This document shows positions 37,268 through 51,720 of a stretch of 64,000 bases of DNA, one piece after another. A program made the position numbers and the translations under genes. The notes under the pieces are model-generated. The model did not search any database. It was not told the origin of the DNA and saw only the letters and a list, made by a program, of their open reading frames with translations. Source of the DNA: Paraspadella gotoi (Eukaryota; Animalia; Chaetognatha); contig CM119266.1 in the NCBI GenBank assembly GCA_051294375.1, positions 14,906,999-14,970,998 on the forward strand, in the 5' to 3' direction. Positions within the stretch are counted from its first letter, which is position 1; every line of letters begins with the position of its first letter.

Positions 37268-37485
37268 CTCTCTCTTTTTTTTTCAGTTCTTCCGTTTCCA
37301 ATTTTTTAAATATATTTTTTCCTGCAGCAGTGTTCCCAGCTGCCGTCCATCCGTGTCCGGCTGCTGGAGCTTAAAAAACCAGCTGCTGCGGGCGCTGCAG
37401 TCCGTTTCGACTTTCTCCGCATCGCTGGCCGCTGCGTCGTGGCGACGGGACGCCGCTGTTACGCGCTGGATACAACTCTCTCTCT
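34294..37485 (+). repeat. Segmental duplication 2, copy A (left flank of satellite array 2)
   Basis: AAGTTTATTCAATGTCGCTATTACG...GTTACGCGCTGGATACAACTCTC is repeated almost identically at 42273-45401. Confidence 0.95.
34649..34702. repeat. (CAT)n microsatellite; a longer version lies in the duplicate at ~42624-42707
   Basis: Pure CAT run; source of the poly-His pseudo-ORFs. Confidence 0.92.
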
Positions 37486-40400
37486 AAAATCCCCTTTAAT
37501 ATTTTTAGTAAATAGTCCTGCAACAGAAATTAATCATGCCTGTGAGAAAAAATCCTGCTAAAAAGATTTCCTAAGCTTTTGTAAAAAAATTCACTGTTCC
37601 TGCCAGCAAAAATTCATTCCTGCTTGAAAAATCCCCTTAATATTTTTAGTAAAATAGTCCTGCCAACAGAAATTATTTCTGCTGTAAGAAAAAATCCTGC
37701 TAATAAGATTTCCTTGGATTTTTTTTGAAAAAATGACTGTTCTGCCAGCAAAAAGTCATTCCTGCTATGAAAAATCCCCTTTAATATTTTTAGTAAAAAT
37801 AGTCCTGCCAACAGAAATTATTCCTGCTACGAGAAAAAATCCTGCCAAAAAGATTTCCTAAGATTTTGTTTGAAAAATGACTGTTCCTGCCAGCAAAAAA
37901 TCATTCCTGCCATGAAAAATCCCTTTAATATTTTAGTAAAATAGTCCTGCCAACAGAAATTATTCCTGCTGTGAGAAAAAAATCCTGCCAAAAATATTTC
38001 TAAGATTTTGTTTGGAAAAATGACTGTTCCTGCCAGCAAAAAATCATTCCTGCCATGAAAAATCCCCTTTAATATTTTTAGGAAAATGTCCTGCCAACAG
38101 AAATTATTCCTGCTGTGAGAAAAAAATCCTGCCAAAAAGATTCCTAAGATTTTGTTTGAAAATGACTGTTCCTGCCAGAAAAAAATCATTCCTGCCATGA
38201 AAAATCCCCCTTATTCTTTTAGTAAATAATCCTGCCAACAGAAATTAATCCTGCTGTGAGAAAAAAAATCCTGCCAAAAAAGATTTCCTAAGATTTTGTT
38301 CGAAAGATGACTGTTCCTGCCAGCAAAAAGCATTCTGCCATGAAAAATCCCCTTTAATATTTTTAGTAAAATAGTCCTGCCAACCGATATTATTCCTGCT
38401 GTCAGAAAAAAATCCTGCTAATGAGATTTCTAAGATTTTGTTTGAAAAATGACTGTTCCTGCCAGCAAAAAGTCATTCCTGCCATGAAAAATCCCTTTAA
38501 TATTTTTAGTAAAATAGTCCTGCCAACAGAAATTATTCCTGCTGTGAGAAAAAAATCCTGCCAAAAAGATTTCCTTCGATTTTGTTTGAAAAAATGACTG
38601 TTCCTGCCAGCAAAAAATCATTCCTGCTATGAAAAATCCCCTTTAATATTTTTAGTAAAATAGTCCTGCAACAGAAATTAATCATGCTTTGAGAAAAAAT
38701 CCTGCTAAAAAGATTTCCTAAGCTTTTGTAAAAAAAATTCACTGTTCTGCCAGCAAAAAGTCATTCCTGCCATGAAAAATCCCCTTAATATTTTTAGTAA
38801 AATGTCCTGCCAACAGAAATTATTCCTTCTGTAAGAAAAAAATCCTGCTAATAAGATTTCCTTGGATTTTGTTGAAAAATGACTGTTCCTGCCAGCAAAA
38901 AGTCATTCCTGCATGAAAAATCCCCTTTAATATTTTCAGTAAAATAGTCCTGCCAACAGAAATTATTCCTGCTACGAGAAAAAAATCTTGCCAAAAAGAT
39001 TTCCTTAGATTTTGTTTGAAAAAATGACTGTTCTGCCAGCAAAAAATCATTCCTGCCATGAAAAATCCTCTTTATTATTTTTAGTAAATAGTCCTGCCAA
39101 CAGAAATTATTCCTGCGTAAGAAAAAAATCCTGCCAAAGAGATTTCCTACGATTTTCTTTGAAAAATGACTGTTCCTGCCAGCAAAAAATCATTCCTGCA
39201 TGAAAAATCCCCTTTCATTCTTTTAGTAAATAATCCTGCCAACAGAAATTAATCCTGCTGTGAGAAAAAATCCTGCTAAAAGATTTCTAAGCTTTTGTTC
39301 AAAAAAATTCACTGTTCCTGCCAGCAAAAAATCATTCCTGCCATGAAAAATCCCCTTTATTATTTTAGTAAAATAGTCCTGCCAACAGAAATTATTCCTG
39401 CTGTGAGAAAAAAATCTGCCAAAAAGAATTCTAAGATTTTGTTTGAAAAATGACTGTTCCTGCCAGCAAAAAATCATTCCTGCCATGAAAAATCCCCTTT
39501 CATTCTTTAGTAAAAATAATCCTGCCAAAAGAAATTAATCCTGCTGTTGAGAAAAAAATCCTGCTAATAAGATTTCCTTGGATTTTGTTTAAAAAATGAC
39601 TGTTCCTGCCAGCAAAAAAAAATTCCTGCCACAAAAAGTCCCCTTTAATATTTTAGTAAATAGTCCTGCCAACAGAAATTAATCCTGCTGTGAAAAAAAA
39701 TCGTGCTAATAAGATTTCCTAAGCTTTTGTTCAAAAAATTCACTGTTCCTGCCAGCAAAAAAATCATTCCTGCCATGAAAAATCCCCTTTAATATTCTTT
39801 AGTAAAATAGTCCTGCCAACAGAAATTAATCCTGCTGTGAAAAAAAAATCCTGCCAAAAAGATTCCTAGATTTTGTTTGAAAATTGACTGTTCCTGCCAG
39901 CAAAAAATCATTCCTGCCATGAAAAATCCCTTTATATTTTTTAGTAAAATAGTCCTGCCAACAGAAATTATTCCTGCTGTGAGAAAAAAATCCTGCCAAA
40001 AATATTTCCTAAGATTTTGTTTGAAAAAATTCACTGTTCCTGCCAGCAAAAAAGTCATTCCTGCCATGAAAAATCCCCTTTATTATTTTAGGAAAATAGT
40101 CCTGCCAACAGAATTTATTCCTGCTGTGAGAAAAAAAATCCTGCCAAAAAGATTTCCTAAGATTTTGTTTGAAAAATGACTGTTCCTGCCAGCAAAAATC
40201 ATTCCTGCCATGAAAAATCCCCCTTTATTCTTTTAGTAAAATAATCCTGCCAACAGAAATTAATCCTGCTGTGAGAAAAAACCTGCCAAAAGATTTCCTA
40301 AGATTTTGTTCGAAAAATGACTGTTCCTGCCAGCAAAAATCATTCCTGCCATGAAAATCCCCTTTAATATTTTTAGTAAAATAGTCCTGCCAACCGAAAT

Positions 40401-42272
40401 ATTCCTGCTGTCAGAAAAAAATCCTGCTAATGAGATTTCCTAAGATTTTGTTTGAAAAATGACTGTTCCTGCCAGCAAAAAGTCATTCCGCCATGAAAAA
40501 TCCCCTTTAATATTTTTTAGTAAAATAGTCCTGCCAACACAAATTATTCCTGCTGTGAGAAAAAATCCTGCCAAAAAGATTTCTTCGATTTTGTTTGAAA
40601 AATGACTGTTCCTGCCAGCAAAAAAGTCATTCCTGCCATGAAAAATCCCTTTTAATATTTTTAGTAAATAGTCCTGCCAACATAAATTATTCCTGCTGTC
40701 AGAAAAAAATCCTGCCAAAAAGATTTCCTAAGATTTTGTTTGAAAAATGACTGTTCCTGCCAGAAAAAAAATCATTCCTGCTATGAAAAATCCCCTTTAA
40801 TATTTTCCAGTAAAATAGTCCTGCCAACAGAAATTAATCATGCTGTGAGAAAAAAATCCTGCTAAAAAGATTTCCTAAGCTTTTGTAAAAAAAATTCACT
40901 GTTCCTGCCAGCAAAAAGTCATTCCTGCCATGAAAAATCCCCTTTAATATTTTTAGTAAAATAGTCCTGCCAACAGAAATTATTCCTGCTGTAAGAAAAA
41001 AAATCCTGCTAATAAGATTTCCTTGGATTTTGTTTGAAAAATGACTGTTCCTGCCAGCAAAAAGTCATTCCTGCTATGAAAAATCCCTTTAATATTTTTA
41101 GTAAATTAGTCCTGCCAACAGAAATTATTCCTGCTACGAGAAAAAAATCCTGCCATAAAGATTTTCCTAAGATTTTGTTTTGAAAAATGACTGTTCCTGC
41201 CAGCAAAAAATCATTCCTGCCATGAAAAATCCCTTTAATATTTTTAGTAAAATAGTCCTGCCAACAGAAATTATTCTGCTGTAAGAAAAAAATCCTGCCA
41301 AAGAGATTTCCTACGATTTTCTTTGAAAAATGACTGTTCCTGCCAGCAAAAAAATCATTCCTGCCATGAAAATCCCCTTTCATTCTTTTAGTAAAATAAT
41401 CCTGCCAAAAGAATTAATCCTGCTGTGAGAAAAAAATCCTGCTAATAGATTTCCTAAGCTTTTGTTCAAAAAATTCACTGTTCCTGCAGCAAAAAATCAT
41501 TCCTGCCATGAAAAATCCCCTTTATTATTTTTTAGTAAAATAGTCCTGCCAACAGAAATTATTCCTGCTGTGAGAAAAAAATCCTGCCAAAAAGATTTCC
41601 TAAGATTTTGTTTGAAAAATGACTGTTCCTGCCAGCAAAAAATCATTCCTGCCATGAAAAATCCCCTTTCATTCTTTTAGTAAAATAATCCTGCCAAAAG
41701 AAATTAATCCTGCTGTGAGAAAAAATCCTGCTAATAGATTTCTTTGGATTTGTTTAAAAAATAACTGTTCCTGCCAGCAAAAAAAAAATTCCTGCCACAA
41801 AAAATCCCCTTTAATATTTTTAGTTAAAATAGTCCTGCCAACAGAAATTAATCCTGCTGTGAGAAAAAAAATCCTGTTAATAAGATTTTCTAGCCTTTTG
41901 TTCAAAAAATGACTGTTCCTGCCAGCAAAAAAAAATTCCTGCCACAAAAAATCCCCTTTAATATTTTTAGTAAAATAGTCCTGCAACAGAAATTAATCCT
42001 GCTGTGAGAAAAAATCTTGCTAATAAGATTTCCCAAGCTTTGCTTCAAAAAATGACTGTTCCTGCCAGCAAAAACTCATTCCTGCCACGAAAAATCCCAC
42101 CAATCATTTTTTTGTTCCTGCCACGAAAATTAATCCTGCTGTAAAAAATACTTGAGAGCCAATCAATCCAATCCTGCCACCGAAAAATTCCTGCTGTTAA
42201 AAATACGGTCTTTGATGCTCTATTCTTTTATCCCACGATCCTGCTGGTCGATCCTGCCAAAGAGCAGTAACC
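37486..42272. repeat. Tandem array of the same ~143-bp satellite (about 32 units) with a degenerate tail and defined terminus
   Basis: The anchor CTGTTCCTGC occurs at 37881, 38024, 38166 and 38311 (periods 143, 142, 145). The array ends in ATCCTGCCAAAGAGCAGTAACC at 42251-42272. Confidence 0.96.
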
Positions 42273-45477
<3,205 letters not shown>

Positions 45478-46331
45478 NNNNNNNNNNNNNNNNNNNNNNN
45501 NNTCTCTCTCTCTCTCTCTCTCTCATACTACCATAGAAGGCAAAAGGACGATGACTCTCTCGCTGCGGACTTTGTTTCTCTTTTAGTAAAATTCGTTAAT
45601 CTCGTTTCCACTCTCAAATATATTAATTTCTAGACTGTTCTCAATATTTAAAATATGACAATTTTTTGTATACATCGTATTTCGTATATATCTTTTCGTT
45701 TATATTCTCTCATTTCTCCTGCTTTCTTCGCCACCTCCCGCTTTTCTATGTCCACCATCACGTTTTTTTCAGCGTTGTTAAGAAATTTAATTTCTTCAAA
45801 CGCCGTCGCCGCCGCCGCAACGGCAGCTGCCGCTTTTTCCTCCGCGAACGCGGTTCCTGACGCTCCCTGATGAAGGCTCACCCCCCCCCTCGACTCCCTT
45901 CCTCCTTCTCCGCTGGCTAGATAGTGACAAAAGGACACGCTCGGGGTAATCAGGCAATGTCTGTCTGAAATGAGCGGGGCAGCAGCGGCGGCGGCTGAAG
46001 CAGTGGCTGACGCTGCCAACGGCGACGGCGGTGAGGAAGACTCCACCTCCGAAACTGACGACGGGGTTTCAACTGAGAAGACGAAGAAACGATGTTAAAA
46101 ACTCGCGCGCGCTTTCTCGTTCGCGAAATGAGGAAAAAAGCGGAAGGCGCGGCGGAGCAGCGGCAGATTCATGGTGCAGCAATCCCGTCGCCGGCCCTGC
46201 TGCAGCCTGAGGCGGGGGAGGAGGGGAAGGCAGGTGAATAAGAAGACGCTGGGGGAGAGGAAAAGACGACGAAGGAAAAAATGTTGTGGCCACTGGATGG
46301 AAAGCAGCTGCTCTCTCTCTCTCTACTCTCT

Positions 46332-46396
<65 letters not shown>

Positions 46397-46939
46397 CTAC
46401 AATTTTTTACTCTTTTTCTCGTGGATGGAGACGGAGTCGTAATCTTCGCCGCTAGAGGCTCTGACAGTCTGGACAGAATTCGACAGAAGAAAACAATGAT
46501 CCGTCCGCGTGTAATGACGGAAAGAAACAGAAAAATAAATTATTTTTTTTAAACTAAATTAAAAAAAAAATTTTCAAGTACGTCGTGTATCGAAATGAGT
46601 AGAAGACGCTGGGCCGGAAAATAGTATTCCGTCCGGACGCGTTCCGGTTCAGCTGTCAGTTGGACGGACGGAGGCGGCTTGTCTCTAATTCCTTTTTTGG
46701 GAGGCAGAGGCTGTTGCGGATGGTGGGGGGGGCATGAAAGGGGGAGTAGAAGTTTACTCTGGCGTATTTTTTAGTAGTTTCTTTTTTTTTTTGCTTTCTC
46801 GTCTCGTTTACTCTTACAAACATTCTAGTAGTTTTAGTGGAACGCGTTTTCAAAGAAATTCTTTTTTGGTTTTCTTTTAGTTCCCGTGTTCTTTTTTATT
46901 TGTTTCTTTCTCTGTCACTCTCTTTCTTTTTTCTCTGTT

Positions 46940-47040
<101 letters not shown>

Positions 47041-47661
47041 TCTTCTTTCTTTCGATCTTTCTTTCTAACTTTCTTTCGATCTTTCTTTCTTTATTTCGTC
47101 ATTTCTTTTTTTCGTTATTGCTTCTTTCTTTTCATTAACTCTTTCTCTCCTTCCCCTTTCTCCTTTCCTCCCTTCCTTTTTTCCTCCTTTTTTCCTTCCT
47201 TTTCTCTCCTCACACACTCATTCCTCCTCGCAAAGCGGCGTCTTCTGATCTTCGAGGTCGATCGGTTCGACCCTTTGTAACTCCTCGCTACTCAATGGGA
47301 CATAATCTTTCTCTCCCTTCCTTCTCGATCATCTTGGCTCCTCTCCCCTTTTTTTCCTTCCTCTCTCACCCAATCTTGCAAGTTTATACATTTATACATT
47401 TTTTTCTACACTAACAAGACCTTTTCCCCTATACTCTTTTCATTTTCTTTAGTTTTTTCTCCTATAAATATTTCTTTCCTTTTTCCTCCCATAAGTTTTA
47501 GCTTTCTCTCCTGTCTTCCATTCCTTTTACAATTCTGATATTTCCATCCCAGCTTTCCTATTTTGTCTCTTTCATTTATCGCCCCCAACCGATGACTTCT
47601 CTATTCTCTTTTCTTTTCTTTCCCCATTATTTCCCCTTTTTCTTTATGATTATTTCCTCTC

Positions 47662-47835
47662 TTTTCTCTTCTATCAAATCCTAATAAAAAAAAAACCAGT
47701 TCGTTTTTCTCCTTTTCTTCTTCTCACTGGAACCTTCTTTCGGTGTCAGCCTTTTTACCAGACGAAACGAGATTTTTTTTGGGGGGGAGCAGAAAAAGTT
47801 GGCAAAAGGTTTCGTGTTACTTAAGATACAGAGTG

Positions 47836-47931
<96 letters not shown>

Positions 47932-49244
47932 CGGGCCCTTGTCTTATATTCCTTTTTCCCCTCCCCTCTCCCGCATTCCTCCTCCTGTCAATCTTCCCCC
48001 CACACTTCCATCCACCCTCCCGTTTTTTCTCCGTCGGGGCGCGAGTGGGCGTGTCTCTCGGGGTGAAGGGTGTCGCGAGCGGGGCGTCGCGGGGCCAACG
48101 GGTTAAACCACTCGGCTTTGAAAAAGTCGACCCGGCGATTGAAAACGACTTGAAAGGCGTCACGCCGGATGTCGTCGTTGTCGTCGTTGTTGTCGTAGTA
48201 GAGACAACGACGTAGTTGTTGTTTGGATGGCCATCCACGTCTCGGTTTTCGTTCTCGTTTTAGAAGTCGTTAAATCACGGTTTGATTGTTGTTGTTGTGA
48301 TTGGCGTTATTCATCGTCGTTTTTTGACGTCGTCCATGGAGTAACCGCAAAGACAAGACTTCTCTATGGAGGATGTTTGAAGGGAACAATTCTGCGCGCA
48401 ACGAAGAAGAAAACAGAACGTTGATGTCGAACTTTTTCTACTAAAAAATTTGCCAAATTTATTCTGTTGACCTTCATTTTGATCGCAATGTAGTACGTTT
48501 TCCGAAATTCGAGGTTAAGTTAGCTAATTTTTATTTCGTCGATTATATGCGTTTTGGGGCCATTGATATCTTGATAAATATAAGTTAATAAGCATCGTTT
48601 TTGTTTATGAAATTAACTTTTTAATTCCCGTTTATTTTCAATTACTTCATTTTTAAAAAATTATTTTAGATTGTCTAGTTTCATCTCTTACTTTCTTACA
48701 TCTTCCTCCTTCTCTTCCTCCTCCTCCTCATCCTCATTCTCCTCCTCCTCTTCCTCTACTTTTTCCTTTCCTCCGCGTAAATTCTCTTCTTTGTTTGTTC
48801 TCCGTCTGAATCGAAGAAGAGGATCACGTGACTTTTTTTAGGAATCACGTGATTTCGATGCCCAATATGAAATCCGGGGACCGAGGAGGGCTGGACTTTT
48901 TTCCTTATTTACTCCGATGAAAACGAAGCAGCAAAACAAAAATCACTAATTTCTTCAATTTAATTTCGATTTACGACATATATATAGTCAAGGTCGTCTT
49001 GTGATTTTTCGCAAGGAGTTCACATTGCACCCCTATCAAACACGACTCCCCATTCTACGGTTTCGTCGACTCTAATCTCTGCGCCCTCGTCCTCTTTCGT
49101 AAACACCCCGTGGAAATTTGTCGCAATCTTAAAAATGGATATATCGCGAAAAATAAAACTCTGTAAATTTAGGAAGCGAAGATACACATTGTCCAACCGG
49201 TTTTTTTTTTTTCTGGAGAGAAAGAGGGTGATTGTCGAAGAAAG

Positions 49245-49296
<52 letters not shown>

Positions 49297-51720
49297 GAGA
49301 GAGAGAGAGCAGAGAGAGAAGAGAGAGATGAGAGAGAGACATATCGAAAGGTAAGGAGATTTTTGGCAGCTCAACACGAGGACGACTCTTTGTTTACTTT
49401 TCAGTCTTCGGTTTTGTTTTGTTTTCGCCGAAACAAATTCTCCATTCATCTTCGCAGAAACGGTTATCGTTACACGATTTATTCCCCGGGTTTTTTATTA
49501 TTTGGAAAGATTGTCGGGCGGGGTTGTCGGGCCGGTTTGTCGGGCGGATTGAAGAGAAGATTTGGTGGATCGACGGGCAGATTGTGGCGAGAGTTGTCGA
49601 ATGTCCTGTCCACTGTCCTGTGTCCACGTGAAAAACGGAATCGGTTTAAATTTTCACAAAACAGCGAAAAAAAGGTTTATGAAAATTTTCAAATTACTTG
49701 TTTCACTATTTTTTATTTTTTATTTTTATATTTTATGAAAGATTTACCTTTTAATCTATATTCTTTAAATATATATATATTGCTTTCTTAAAAATTTGGT
49801 ACTTATCATTATATCTAATAACTCATTTTGGTTTATATTACGTAGTAGTATATGAAATTGGTACAACCAATATAAAAATTATCCATTTTTTCTTTCTATA
49901 CTAAAAAAAAAACAGTCTCGTTTTCTCCTATTTCTTCTTCTCACTGGAACTTCTTTTCGGTTCAGCCTTTTAACCAAGACGAAACGAAGAATTTTGGGGG
50001 GGCAAGAAAAAATGCAAAAATTCGTTACTTAAATAAGGGAAGGAGAAAGAGAAGAAGAGAGAGAGAAGAGAGAGAGAGAGAGGAAGAGAGAGAGAGAGAA
50101 AGAGAGAGAGACCCGGCATTGTCTTAATATCTTTTTCCAATCCCCTCTCCCACCTCTCTGAATCTTCCCCACACTTCACACTCCCGATTTTTCTCACGTC
50201 GGGGCGAGTGGCGTGTCATCGGGTGAAGGGTGAGAGCAGGGCGCGCGGGGCCAGTTCCAACCACCGCTTTGAAAAAGTGACCGAGAAATTGAAAACGATT
50301 GAAAGGGGACCGATGTCTCGGTTGCTCGTGTGGGTCGAGTAGAGACACGATAGTGTTGTTTGTGCATCACGCTCGTTCGTTTCTCGTAGAAACGTTAAAT
50401 TCAGGTGATTGTTGGTGGCGAATTACGTCGTTTTGGACGCTGTCATGAGTAATAGCAAAGACAAGATATCTATGGGGAATCTGAAGGAAAAACTTTCGCG
50501 ACGCACGAAAATAAAACAGAATTGATGGAACTTTCTACTAAAAATTGCCAATTTTCTGTGACCTCATGTTTGATCGAATGTATAGAGTTTCGAAATTCGA
50601 GGTTAAGCTTGCTAATATTTTTTCGTCGATTATATTGGTTTTGGGGCCATTGATATGATAATATAAGTAATAAGCATCGTTTTGGGTTAAGTGAAATGTA
50701 CTGTATTAATTCCCAGGTATTATTTCAATTATATCATTTTTAAAAATATATTTTAGATTGTTAGTTATACTTTACTCTCAGTTTCCTCTTCTCGTTCCTC
50801 TCACTCTCATCTCATTCCCTCTCCTCTTCCTCTACATTTTTCCCTTTCCTCGCGAAACTCTTCTTTGTTTGTTCTCACGTCTGAATCGAAGAAGAGATCA
50901 CGTGACTTTTTTAGGCATACGGATTCGATGCCCAATAATAAATCGGAACATGAGGAGGCTGGACTTTTTCCTTATTACTCGAGAAAACGAAGCAGCAAAC
51001 CAAAAATACATAATTTCTTCAATTAATATTCGATTACGAACTATCTATTATAGTAAAAGGTGTCTTAGTATTTTCGCAAGATTCACATTGCACCCTATAA
51101 ACACGACCCCATATCTATAGTCCGTCGACTCTAATCTCTGCGCCCTCGTCCATACTTTCGTAAACACCGTCGGAAATATTGTCGGCAGATCTTAAAAAAT
51201 GGATATATCGCGAAAAATAAAACTCTTAAATTTAGGAAGCGAAGAGTAACATTGTACAAACGTTTTTTTTTTTTCTGGAGAGAAAGAGGGGCGATTGTGA
51301 AGAAAGGAGAGAGAGAGAGAGAGAAGAGAGAGAAGAGAGAGAGAGAGAGGAAGGGAGCAGAGAGATGAGCAGAGAGAGAAGAGAGAGATGAGAGAGAGAC
51401 ATATCGAAAGGTAAGGAGATTCTTGGCAGATCAACAAGAGGACGACTTGTTTACTTTTTCAGTCTCGTTTGTTGTTTCGCGTAAACAATTTCCATTCACC
51501 TCGAGAAACGGTTAGTACAGCTCAATTGTTTCCCGGTTTTTATTATTTTGGAAAAGTTGTCGGGGCGGCGCGTTGTCGGCCGTCTGTGGCGGATTGAGGA
51601 AAAGATTTGGTGGATGACAGCAATTGTGGGAGAGTTCGAAGTGTTGTCCACTGTCCTGTGTACGGAAAAAGGGAATCGGGTTTAACTTTCACAAAACAGA
51701 CGGAAAAAAAAAGGTTATAT
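47662..51720 (+). repeat. Segmental duplication 3: ~47662-49680 repeated at ~49888-51720, separated by a ~207-bp AT-rich spacer
   Basis: Shared landmarks in the same order: TTCTCACTGGAAC, GAAGAGGATCACGTGACTTT, AAAATGGATATATCGCGAAAAATAAAACTC and TTCACAAAACAG..GAAAAAAAGGTT. The second copy is deletion-rich. Confidence 0.88.

Noticed and set aside
37486-42272. CRISPR array, or coding ORFs (MAGMIFCWQEQ...) in the satellite
   Set aside because: The whole unit repeats with no unique spacers and no cas genes are present. The ORFs are translations of the repeat that shift frame at homopolymer indels.
45648-46293. Ala/Pro-rich ORFs (also 33518-34097 and 60644-60925)
   Set aside because: Built on degenerate GCN/GGC repeats with no recognisable domain or consistent exon boundaries.
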